The notes under the pieces were generated by a model. The model was given only the letters and a program-made list of their open reading frames with translations, was not told the DNA's origin and made no database searches. DNA of 60,948 nucleotides, filler included. It is 10 parts of 10 records of this genome, joined end to end, with 100 filler letters (N's around TTAATTAATTAA, not from the genome) between each part and the next. Parts side by side here need not be neighbours in the genome. Positions count along the whole stretch, not along the records: positions 1 to 8,130 come from SRR15195285_5518; positions 8,231 to 15,327 come from SRR15195285_5520; 8 more parts are not named here. The stretch is one strand, 5' to 3'. Positions 1 through 8,738 of the stretch are shown piece after piece (position 1 is the stretch's first letter; the number at the start of each line of letters is the position of its first letter). Made by a program: the position numbers and the translations under genes.

Positions 1-1
1 A

Positions 2-262
2 AAAAGTGGTTTCTAGACCACCCCATGAGGTAAGGAACCACTTTTAAAAGCAAAATTCAAATCGATTCGATTGAAGTGATCAACTCTAACACTCTAAATC
101 TGCTCTGCTGTTGCGGTAAAGTTTACGTTCACGATAATACAAAGCTTTGACACCGGGCATTAGGCCTTATGCCCGGTGTCACTACACATGCAGGCTACCT
201 CGAGAGGAACACAGCCGATCGTAAGGGACCCGTCATTGAGTTAATCTAGTGACGGGTCCCTT
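2..262. repeat. Cluster of three short inverted repeats (possible MITE remnants)
   Basis: AAAAGTGGTT (2-11) pairs with AACCACTTTT (36-45). TGACACCGGGCAT (148-160) pairs with ATGCCCGGTGTCA (169-181). AAGGGACCCGTCA (223-235) pairs with TGACGGGTCCCTT (250-262). All three are exact reverse complements. Confidence 0.75.
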
Positions 263-1023
263 CAGGGGCGCTCGAGCCGCCGCAGCAGCAGTTCATTTGA
301 ACGGTTTGCTCGACAGCCTAAGTCTGGCGTTGGCGCAACGAGGCGAATGAAGGTAGCACAGAGGTCGATCGTTGCAGCAACGATGCGTGCAATGCTGTTA
401 AAATTGTGTTCTCCCATTCAAACTTGTGTGGCAATATCATCAAGACCTTCGTGCTCATATCGGTCAAACCAGCAGCTGCTGACCTCAAGACTCTTTCGAC
501 GATCCAGCGCGACGAACCAGCGTGACGGAGCCCGTGGTCGGCAGCGCCCACCGGCGCTGCTCGACAGTTCAGAACTGAGTTCTGCTCGAGTCTCCCCGTG
601 GGTATTTGTTCTTTTTTGTCTTTAGTTTATTGCGGCTTGCGCATCAACACCAAGCGAAATAGCCCGGCGCTTGATCAACATAACTAATCGAGAATCGGCG
701 TAACTGTTGGACCAACAGGGTTGGAATCGTGTGGACTATCTAAATTTCACTGATAAACACCGAGCACCCTCCTGATCACCTCGAATATCGATCATGATCG
801 CTGCTTTTTCTCGCGGATTCCTCCCTAAATTAGCATTGTTTCCCCTCTGCTTCGGATTGACTTCTGACTTCCGAGCCAGCAACCCTCGTTACGAATTTCC
901 ATTATTACAATCTCGTATTACTTACCGGAAGGTGGCTGGATATTTGTATATAAAAACGCTGTCGTCAATACGTGTGTACACTGTATACACTGTTGGCAGC
1001 GCTGAGGGCTGCCGGTCACGCCG

Positions 1024-1055
1024 GCCGTTACAGCCGCCGTTACAGCCGCCGTTAC
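1024..1055. repeat. 12-bp tandem repeat (GCCGTTACAGCC, about 2.7 copies) upstream of SPEF2
   Basis: Read directly from the sequence. Confidence 0.8.
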
Positions 1056-1252
1056 CCCTCCCCCCGCCGGGCTGTGCTACCCGTCCTCGGACTACCCCTC
1101 CGCTTGGGCTGGCAAGGGAGGAGCTTGGGTGGCGAGGGGTGGTGGCTATCTGTGAGGGGAAGGGCAGAGCGCCCGTTGATCCCTTGGTGGATTGGGGGGT
1201 GGGGGGGTGCTGTCGGGTGGGTGGGGTTGTGGTTGAGTAGGGGGCGTGGGGG

Positions 1253-4200
1253 ATGTCCGAGATCCTGCTGCGGTGGCTGAACGATGAGGTGCATCTGCGC
1301 AACCCGGTGGTGGACTTCGAGTCGGACTTCTCAAATGGGTACGCCTTCGGGGAGCTGCTGGATAAGCATGAGATGCAACCGGACTTCCACCTCTTCATCG
1401 ACGGGGACCACCCCGACGCGAAGACGAACAACTTCGTGCTGCTCGAGCCGACCCTGCGCACGCTCGGGGTCAAGTTCGACTCGCGCTCCGCCAGCCAGAT
1501 CATGGTGGGTCAGGCCGGCGCCGCGCAGAAGCTGCTGTACCAGGTGATGGTGGCCGTGCGCGGCTTCGAGCGCAACGTGCTCGGGAACGACCCGGCCGCA
1601 CGGACGGTCAAGGTCGGCGGCAACGCCCTCGCAACGCTGCAGACCAACGCGACGAAGCAGGACAAGCACGACTCGAAGATGCACGACATCTTCGAGCAGC
1701 GTCTGCGCGAGCTGTCCGAGAACCCGAACAACATCATGACCGCTATGGTGACGCAGCGCTTCGAGGAGGAGATGCTGCGGCAGCACGAGCAGGCGACCGA
1801 CGGGGCGATGGCGGCGCTGTCCAATACGGTGGACCACCGCCAGGGCATGCGCCAGGCCGCCCTCGAGAGCCTGCGCCGCAACCACGACTTCCTGGCGGAC
1901 TGGGAGGAGAAGGGCCGCATCGAACACGCGGAGAACCAGCGGCGTCAGCGGGAGGTGGAGCAGGCCGAGCTTCGCTACGAGCTTGCGATGAAGGAAAAGC
2001 GCGCCCGCCGCTTCCGCGAGGGCAACACCCGCGCTGCCCACGCCATGAACTCAGGCATCGACGAATTCGAGAAGACGCTGGCTCGCATCGGAGCCGACGC
2101 AGGCGGCGGCGAAGACCTCGTGCCGGCTGTTGACAGCGAAGCGTCGCCGGCCGTGCACCTATCGACACTCAAGACCATGCTGCCACACCGCAAGGCGATG
2201 GAAGAAGAGGCCCGCCAGTACCTGGGCAAAGTCAAGGAGAAGAAGGCAGAGGAGGTCTACGCCCGCAAGGAGCGCGAGCGCCGCCGCCGCAAGGCCATGC
2301 TGGAGCAGCAGCACACGCAGGCGGCGATGGAGCAGAAGCGCCGCGAACAGCTCTTGGCCGAGAAGCTTCTCAAACAGTCCTCCCAGGAGCGTAGGCTGGG
2401 CGAGCGCTTGGCGCAGACGCGTCTGCACAAGGAAGTGATCAAGGAAAATCGCCTCATGCGCGAGCAGCAGTATGCAGCACAACGCCAGAAGGACTACGAC
2501 GAGGTGCTCGCTCGAGACGCAGAGCTGGGTAAGCAGAAGCGGGCCGAGGCCGAACACGAAGTAGCTCTCGAGCGGGAACGTCGGGAAGAAGCCGAGGCTG
2601 CTCGCCAAGCAGAGAAGAAGGTGCAGCGCACGGAGTTGTGTCACGATATCTTGACGCAGGCGGTTGACCTGGCATTGCACGTCTGTGACCACCGGGCGCT
2701 ATCCGGCGGACCGATGGCACCGAAGGAATGGCGCGAGGTCAAGCTGCTCTTCGTGAAAGGACAGAGGCTGCTGGAGGAAGGCGATGGCTGGGGCGAAGCT
2801 GTTGAAGACGTCGAACCCACCGACGAGACTACTCTTGTCTTGGACGAGCAGGCCCTGTCCGACTATCTGCAAGACACGGGTGAGTGGGCAGCAACCGCCG
2901 GCGGCGGGTCGAACGCAGTGCTCGGTAAGATTCTTCAGGACATTGACCTCACCGTCAACCCGCCCGTGGACAAGACGCGCCCCGAGAAGCTGCCACAGGG
3001 CCACCTCAAGGTCGTCATGACCGGCAAGCCATTCAGTGGCAAGTCTCTCCAGGCCGCAAAGCTTTGCGATGCGTATGGCCTCGTATCGATCGAGCCTCTG
3101 CAGCTCATGGCTGCCATCACAGCGGAGGACTGGGAGCCCTTCGTCGCCGAAGACGAGGAGAAGGGTCTACCACCTCTAGAGGCAGAGGCCAACGAACTCG
3201 CCGACAAACTTGCCGAGGAGCTGGCAACTGCCGATGGTGCCAGTGACGAAACGCTGGCTCGGCTGGTGGCACTCGAGATCCGCAAGCTGACCTTCGATCA
3301 AGAGTGGGTCGCACCGGAATCTGTCGAGCCGGCGGAGGGCGAGGAGCCCGCAGAGCCGGCACCTGGCCAGTGGATGCTCAAGTGGAAGCCCGAGGACGAG
3401 ATCGGTGCGGGTGGCTGGGTGCTCGAGAGTTTCCCGACGACGCCAGCACAGGCCGAACTTCTCGAGGCCCAACTTTCCGGCATCGATCAAGCCGAGGTGG
3501 ACGGACCACCTCCAGAGACTGGTGTCAGGGCGATGATTGCACCAGCCCCTGATGCCCCTGAGCGCCCGCCGCTAATCTCCGCCGTCGACGTGGTATTGCG
3601 CTTCGACGTTCCTGACGAGGTCGTAACAGAGCGCGCAGCTGGTCGGCGCGTGGACCCAGAGACTGGAGCCATTTATCACCTGGTGAACAATCCACCACCG
3701 GATGACGAGGCGCTCAAGGAGCGACTCCAGACCATAGACGACGCATCCAATGACGAGGCGCAGCTGCTCCACCGCTGCCAGACGTTCCGCGACCAGGAGC
3801 CAGCTATGGAGGAATGGTTTGCGAACTTCCTAACGCTGCAGGCAGTTGACGCCTCTGCTGATGAGCAGGCTGTGGAGTCCACGATTACGGAGGTGCTGCA
3901 GGCAATTGTCGACAAGAAGAATGCACCGCCGGAGCCCGACCCTGCAGAAGCAGCAGCTGAAGGTGATGCAGCTGAAGCTGAAGCTGACGCTGAGCCTGAG
4001 GCCGAGCCCGAGGCCGAGCCCGAGGCCGAGGGTGCCGAGGCCGCCGAGGGCGAAGGTGCGGCTGAGGGTTCGGCCGAGGCTGAGGCTGAGGCTGAGGCTG
4101 AGGTCGAGGCCGAGCCTGAACCTGAGCCACGAGTGGTACGCGACTTGACACTTGAGCTGGCTAAGATTTTACAAGGCCAGTGGGAGCGCATCGAGGTGGA

Positions 4201-6094
4201 GTTCCAGAAGCGTGTGAAGCGCGCCTTCCGTGCCATTCGCACCGAGCGAGGTGCCACTGTCGAGCGCGTTGCGGAGCTTTCTAAGTTCTTCCTGGATTTC
4301 GTGCGGCGACCGGACGATAAGACGTCCATTGTCGAAGACTGGCAGGCCAAATTCAATGCGCTGCCGATCGAGATGCGCGCTGACAACGAGACGAAGGCAG
4401 AGCTGCACTTACGTGCGGAAGAACTGCGAGACCAGCTTTGGGAAATCTGTGACAACCGCAAAGTGGAATGCGAAAGCACTAAAGACAGCATTGCGTCAGA
4501 CATGTGGGTGCGCGACCACGCTCGCGTCCTGGAAGAGCTGATGGTCACCGTGTTGCAGGCTGAGGTGGATCGCTACACGCGCACCAAGGCGATTATTACC
4601 GACTACTACTCAGAACGCGGCGATGATGACCCCACGATTGCCGCCATCGCCGACAGAGTTGACGCAGTGCGTGCTCCAGCAGTATCTGAGGGCGAGGCCG
4701 AGGAGGAAGCGGTTCCTGAGGAGGGTGAGGGCGAGGCTGCGGAGACGGAACTCTGCCCAAACATGCTGGCCGCGTTCAGCAAGGCCATGTCAGTAGTCAA
4801 CCCACCAGCTGAGGAGCCTTCTGACGAGGACGCAGGTGGCAAGAAGGGCAAGAAGGAGGAGGAGGAGGAGGAACCGGAGCCTCCCCCGGCTAACTTGTTG
4901 GCTGCGGAGATGGAGGATGCTCTGGCTACCGAGGACAAAATTTTCCGTGCCCGCGCAGACAAGCTCCTAGCGCAGTGCCGGTCATTCGTCCAGGACATGC
5001 AGACAATGGAAAATGGGACGATCGAGAAGATGCACGGATTGATTGGGGAGCGATTCAGTGCAGAGGTTGGCGCAGTGAAGGCTTTGCTCGAATATGTTGG
5101 TGGCGTCATCGAGCACGGCTCCGAGTTGCACTACAGGCTCGAGTTGCTGTCCGAGGACTTCATCGTCGACGAGGAGGCGCTCATGGCTGAGCTGCCAAAA
5201 CCCCCGCCCCCGCCCCAGGTCATCGAGCCAGCACATGAGAACACGTTCACGATCGACCAGCTCAGCAAACTCTGGGCACAGCTGCAGACCCTCACAGCCG
5301 GTGCGACGACCGCTCCAGCAGATCAGGTTGGCGCGATGCTGGGCGGCCTCTGTCAGCTCCCTGAGAACGTCCCTCTGTCGTGGGTCGGGTCGGACGCAGC
5401 GAAGATGACCAACATCGCCCGGGGCGGCAGCGCTGACAGCGTGCTGGATATCCGACAAGTGCTTGTCAGTCTCGCTCTCGCGTCAGTCAGCATGCCTTCC
5501 AGGAAGGATGTGGGCGATTTTGTTAATGGCCTGGGCGACGGACCAATGGACAAGGAGTCCTTTTGCAGCGCTTCGTGGTGGTTCAACGAAGACGACACGA
5601 GCGCGGATGCTGGCTTCCCCAGAATAGCATCGCTGAAGGAGGCCGTGCTGTTTGAGGCACTGAAGGATGCCGAGGGCCTGGTCTCTGTGCCGCTGCTCGA
5701 GGGTATGCTGCAAGGATCACTCAAGGCTGCGGCAGCAGCGGTAGCCGCAGCGAAGGTGGAGAAGGCCGCACAGAAGCGTTTGGCGAGGGCAAAGAAGAAG
5801 TTCGACGCGGCTGACGCGGACTCCTCAGGAACGCTGGAAGGAGATGAGCTCGAAGAGCTGGCGATGTGGGTCTTCAAGGCACTCAACCCAGAAGATAAGG
5901 AACAGGAGCAGGGCGAAGAAACTCTTGAGGAGATGAGCGAGGAGGAGAAGCAGGAGGCGGTGGCGAAGCTGGTGGACGAGGCTGACGAAAACAATGACGG
6001 CAAGGTCGATTTCGACGAGTTCAGCAAATGGTACACCGCCACCTGCGTCAAGATCGCTACCTTCCGCAGAGAGCTCGCGCAGAGCACGAAATGA
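1253..6094 (+). CDS. SPEF2: Sperm flagellar protein 2 / central-pair CPC1-like protein, 1613 aa, apparently single exon
   Basis: N-terminal CH-like domain (MSEILLRWLN...FESDFSNGYAFGELL...NNFVLLEPTLRTLGVKF). Coiled coil with RKERERRRRK. Adenylate-kinase-like domain (GKPFSGKS P-loop, GWVLESFP, RAAGRRVDPETGAIYH lid). ETKAELHLRAEELRDQLWEICDNRK motif. C-terminal EF-hands (DADSSGTLEGDE, DENNDGKVDFDE). Confidence 0.92.
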   Translation: MSEILLRWLNDEVHLRNPVVDFESDFSNGYAFGELLDKHEMQPDFHLFIDGDHPDAKTNNFVLLEPTLRTLGVKFDSRSASQIMVGQAGAAQKLLYQVMVAVRGFERNVLGNDPAARTVKVGGNALATLQTNATKQDKHDSKMHDIFEQRLRELSENPNNIMTAMVTQRFEEEMLRQHEQATDGAMAALSNTVDHRQGMRQAALESLRRNHDFLADWEEKGRIEHAENQRRQREVEQAELRYELAMKEKRARRFREGNTRAAHAMNSGIDEFEKTLARIGADAGGGEDLVPAVDSEASPAVHLSTLKTMLPHRKAMEEEARQYLGKVKEKKAEEVYARKERERRRRKAMLEQQHTQAAMEQKRREQLLAEKLLKQSSQERRLGERLAQTRLHKEVIKENRLMREQQYAAQRQKDYDEVLARDAELGKQKRAEAEHEVALERERREEAEAARQAEKKVQRTELCHDILTQAVDLALHVCDHRALSGGPMAPKEWREVKLLFVKGQRLLEEGDGWGEAVEDVEPTDETTLVLDEQALSDYLQDTGEWAATAGGGSNAVLGKILQDIDLTVNPPVDKTRPEKLPQGHLKVVMTGKPFSGKSLQAAKLCDAYGLVSIEPLQLMAAITAEDWEPFVAEDEEKGLPPLEAEANELADKLAEELATADGASDETLARLVALEIRKLTFDQEWVAPESVEPAEGEEPAEPAPGQWMLKWKPEDEIGAGGWVLESFPTTPAQAELLEAQLSGIDQAEVDGPPPETGVRAMIAPAPDAPERPPLISAVDVVLRFDVPDEVVTERAAGRRVDPETGAIYHLVNNPPPDDEALKERLQTIDDASNDEAQLLHRCQTFRDQEPAMEEWFANFLTLQAVDASADEQAVESTITEVLQAIVDKKNAPPEPDPAEAAAEGDAAEAEADAEPEAEPEAEPEAEGAEAAEGEGAAEGSAEAEAEAEAEVEAEPEPEPRVVRDLTLELAKILQGQWERIEVEFQKRVKRAFRAIRTERGATVERVAELSKFFLDFVRRPDDKTSIVEDWQAKFNALPIEMRADNETKAELHLRAEELRDQLWEICDNRKVECESTKDSIASDMWVRDHARVLEELMVTVLQAEVDRYTRTKAIITDYYSERGDDDPTIAAIADRVDAVRAPAVSEGEAEEEAVPEEGEGEAAETELCPNMLAAFSKAMSVVNPPAEEPSDEDAGGKKGKKEEEEEEPEPPPANLLAAEMEDALATEDKIFRARADKLLAQCRSFVQDMQTMENGTIEKMHGLIGERFSAEVGAVKALLEYVGGVIEHGSELHYRLELLSEDFIVDEEALMAELPKPPPPPQVIEPAHENTFTIDQLSKLWAQLQTLTAGATTAPADQVGAMLGGLCQLPENVPLSWVGSDAAKMTNIARGGSADSVLDIRQVLVSLALASVSMPSRKDVGDFVNGLGDGPMDKESFCSASWWFNEDDTSADAGFPRIASLKEAVLFEALKDAEGLVSVPLLEGMLQGSLKAAAAAVAAAKVEKAAQKRLARAKKKFDAADADSSGTLEGDELEELAMWVFKALNPEDKEQEQGEETLEEMSEEEKQEAVAKLVDEADENNDGKVDFDEFSKWYTATCVKIATFRRELAQSTK

Positions 6095-6635
6095 GTTCGA
6101 GACACTGCCTCTGTAGTGTCCCACTGTACCTATGTAGTATGAATACACTTGTTTTCTTTCGGTCTGCACTAGCGAATCAGGTGATGCGGGACCTCTGCAC
6201 TACCAGATTCTACTCAGTCAAGTAGCCACTTTATTCCATTCCGAGCTAAAGCATAATGCTGACTGTCGTTAACGCCCTCCGCCGGATTCCTCCGCCGTGC
6301 ACGCAGTGTTGCACGCCTCGAGCGAGCTGAGCTGCCCCCGAGGATCTGGTGTGCACGTGCTCTCGCTAAAGGTACGCGGGTGAAGCGAGACCAGATGGCC
6401 GCGGGTGCAGTGAAAGCGAGCAAGGCACTCGCGCCCCTCGTGCTGGAGGGTGATGATCTCCGCTTCGCTGAAATCCTTGCAGTCCAGTGGCTCTAGGTAA
6501 GGCTCCGGCTCCGGGATGTCGTCGGGATCCGTCTCGTCTGATCAACAACGCAGTGCTGTCAGACAGGGAAGGCAGAACGAAACGAAGCAGCAGCAGCTGG
6601 CACCGTACAAATTCAAGCTGGCTCGAGTGCAGCGC

Positions 6636-7841
6636 TCACTCACCCTGCATCACCCAGACTTCCAGATCCAGCTGCCCCCAGTCTGCTCCGTCTTCTCCGC
6701 AGATACTTCCCTGCTGCACGGCACCACTGCCGGCAAGATGGCAGTTGTGCAGGGTGTCGCAGCCTGGAGCACCGTATACCTCTCCCCCGCGGCAGGTCGG
6801 GGCATCTTCCTTTACGCCGCTAGCGCCAGGCGGTCCGTCGCCGCGGCCTAGGATCAAGTCGCGCCTACCAAATTCCGGCCAGCGACTGGCTCCGCAGACG
6901 ATGTAACGATCTGCCTCGGTGCTGCCTCGCGACATCGTCTCGAACTTCTGGACTGCGCTCGCCCCAGCCGGTGTGCCGAAGATGAAGCTGTCGACAGCGG
7001 CGGCGTGCTCTTCGCAGTAACTGTCGGCCTGAGTCGCGTGGCAGCCGTTAAGTCTGTTAGCGCAGCACTCTTCGAAGCCCCAGGACGCAGTGGTGTACCC
7101 GCCAAAGACAGCGCCTGACGCTGTCCGCGCGACGACTACCGAGCGGCCGTACGCGTCGCACTGCCGGTGAAACGCCTCCGCACTGGAAGTGTCATCGGTA
7201 AATGAGCTGTAGCACAGCTCCCACGTCTCAAGCGGACGCGTCTCCGGGTCCGTCGCCCCCATCCCGGCGATCCAGTTGTCGAGGGCAGTGCCTGTTGCGG
7301 AGTCGATGATCTGGGAGCCGTCGAAGGCCACGCCTGCCGCGCGCTCGGTGCGCTCGCACATGCTCACAACGGGGTCGAACACCTCACTCTGCGGCCCCAT
7401 TTTCCACGCACAATCCTCGTAGAAGCGCAAGAAGACGCGCGCGCAACCGTGGTTGCACACCGCCGGCGCGCCCGCCACGCAACGCTCCGCTGCCTCGTCA
7501 CAGCACTCCATGTTGACCTCATCCGTCCTCGCCGAGAGGTCATCGCAGGGCCCGGGCTGGCCCTCCCCGACGAAGCAAGCACAATCCAGCCCGCGCTTCT
7601 CGCACTGGTCGAGCGACGCCCCCTCCGACACGCACAAGCAGCACTCGCACGTCTCCGCACACTCATGCCTCGGCGCCTCCCCACCCTGTCCTGGAATCGA
7701 GGGGCAAGACGAGGGCGGCCAGCAGTGAGCGGCGGGGTCGTACGGCGGGCGGCTGCCCCCCTCGTTCTTGCCGTCTCCCTTCTGCGCCAGCGTATCCCCA
7801 ACCGCCGCCAGCAGCACCAGCATCAGCAGCAGCTGCACCAT
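6636..7841 (-). CDS. Secreted Cys-rich protein with C-terminal TLDc domain, 401 aa
   Basis: Signal peptide MVQLLLMLVLLAAVGDTLA and Cys-rich modules. TLDc motifs: WELCYSS, SAEAFHRQCD, SVVVART, FGGYTTASW, DSFIF, PEFGRRDL, LEVW. Confidence 0.8.
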   Translation of the reverse strand: MVQLLLMLVLLAAVGDTLAQKGDGKNEGGSRPPYDPAAHCWPPSSCPSIPGQGGEAPRHECAETCECCLCVSEGASLDQCEKRGLDCACFVGEGQPGPCDDLSARTDEVNMECCDEAAERCVAGAPAVCNHGCARVFLRFYEDCAWKMGPQSEVFDPVVSMCERTERAAGVAFDGSQIIDSATGTALDNWIAGMGATDPETRPLETWELCYSSFTDDTSSAEAFHRQCDAYGRSVVVARTASGAVFGGYTTASWGFEECCANRLNGCHATQADSYCEEHAAAVDSFIFGTPAGASAVQKFETMSRGSTEADRYIVCGASRWPEFGRRDLILGRGDGPPGASGVKEDAPTCRGGEVYGAPGCDTLHNCHLAGSGAVQQGSICGEDGADWGQLDLEVWVMQGE

Positions 7842-8005
7842 CGGTCTACAGTCTACGCCGGTCTATGGTCGAGGTTGGGTGCTGCGCCTCAACACCCTCC
7901 AGCCTACAGTACAGGCCTTGCTGTGTGATGCCGCTCTCCGACGAGGCGGCTATGCTCTGGATGGCCCGTGTGGCGTGGCTGCGTCGGTCAAGAGGGCCTA
8001 CAGTG

Positions 8006-8130
8006 CTACGAGTAGCAAGTAGGTAGCCTCGATCGTCTCCAGAGGCTACTGGCTACTACGAGTACTACGAGTACTAGCTACTACGAGTACTACTGGTGCA
8101 AGTAGGTGGTAGATAGCCTAGTCTCCAGAG
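8006..8130. repeat. Low-complexity repeat (CTACGAGTA units; duplicated GCAAGTAGGT...GTCTCCAGAG) at contig end
   Basis: Repeated CTACGAGTA units and two copies of GTCTCCAGAG read directly. Confidence 0.65.
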
Positions 8131-8230
8131 NNNNNNNNNNNNNNNNNNNNNNNNNNNNNNNNNNNNNNNNNNNNTTAATTAATTAANNNNNNNNNNNNNN
8201 NNNNNNNNNNNNNNNNNNNNNNNNNNNNNN
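8131..8230. other. Artificial contig spacer
   Basis: 44 N + TTAATTAATTAA (stops in all six frames) + 44 N. Confidence 0.99.
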
Positions 8231-8738
8231 ACTCAAGACAAGACTGTGCATGCATCAGCTCCCTGCGTCGCGCGCTTCAGCATCAGCATCAGCATCAGCA
8301 TCAGCAGGGATCATTTGACGCACAGTTCCGGGGCCCTCACCACAGCTTGCCGCCGCTGCATTACACAAACGAGGGCAACCAAGGACTACTGGTACGGCAG
8401 GCTCCGAAGCGAAGGTCGGTGAGTTAGCCCGTGCATCTCGTTGTGTGTATGGCCGCCGGGCACGGCCACCACAACTCGGTGATGCACGCGTTGGTTGCGC
8501 GCGTGAGCTGCGTGGAAATGCGTATGACGCAGTGGGTTGAACTAAATTGCGCGCCACACTCTGGGCGGGCGGATCCCTAGCACCCTGAGGCTGGCTCCGA
8601 GCCCTGCAGCTAATCGCCCGCTGAATGTGGGGGGGCTGGGATGCTGAATGCTGGGGGCTGGGAGCTTGGTGCTGGGCGCCGCACAGCTTAGCATGTCATC
8701 TGGCTTAGCTCCTTGGTTTCTCTTGCGCGCAGGCCGTG

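Noticed and set aside
318-1240. Short ORFs upstream of SPEF2, and at 24608-25284
   Set aside because: No domain signatures or convincing splice structure, so they are probably intergenic or UTR sequence.
1130-1252. G-rich tract before the SPEF2 ATG as a regulatory G-quadruplex
   Set aside because: G-runs are present but are common in this GC-rich genome, and there is no independent support.
1331-6105. Long antisense and alternative-frame ORFs over SPEF2 (and similar ones elsewhere)
   Set aside because: These are shadow ORFs expected from GC-rich codon bias and show no recognisable motifs.
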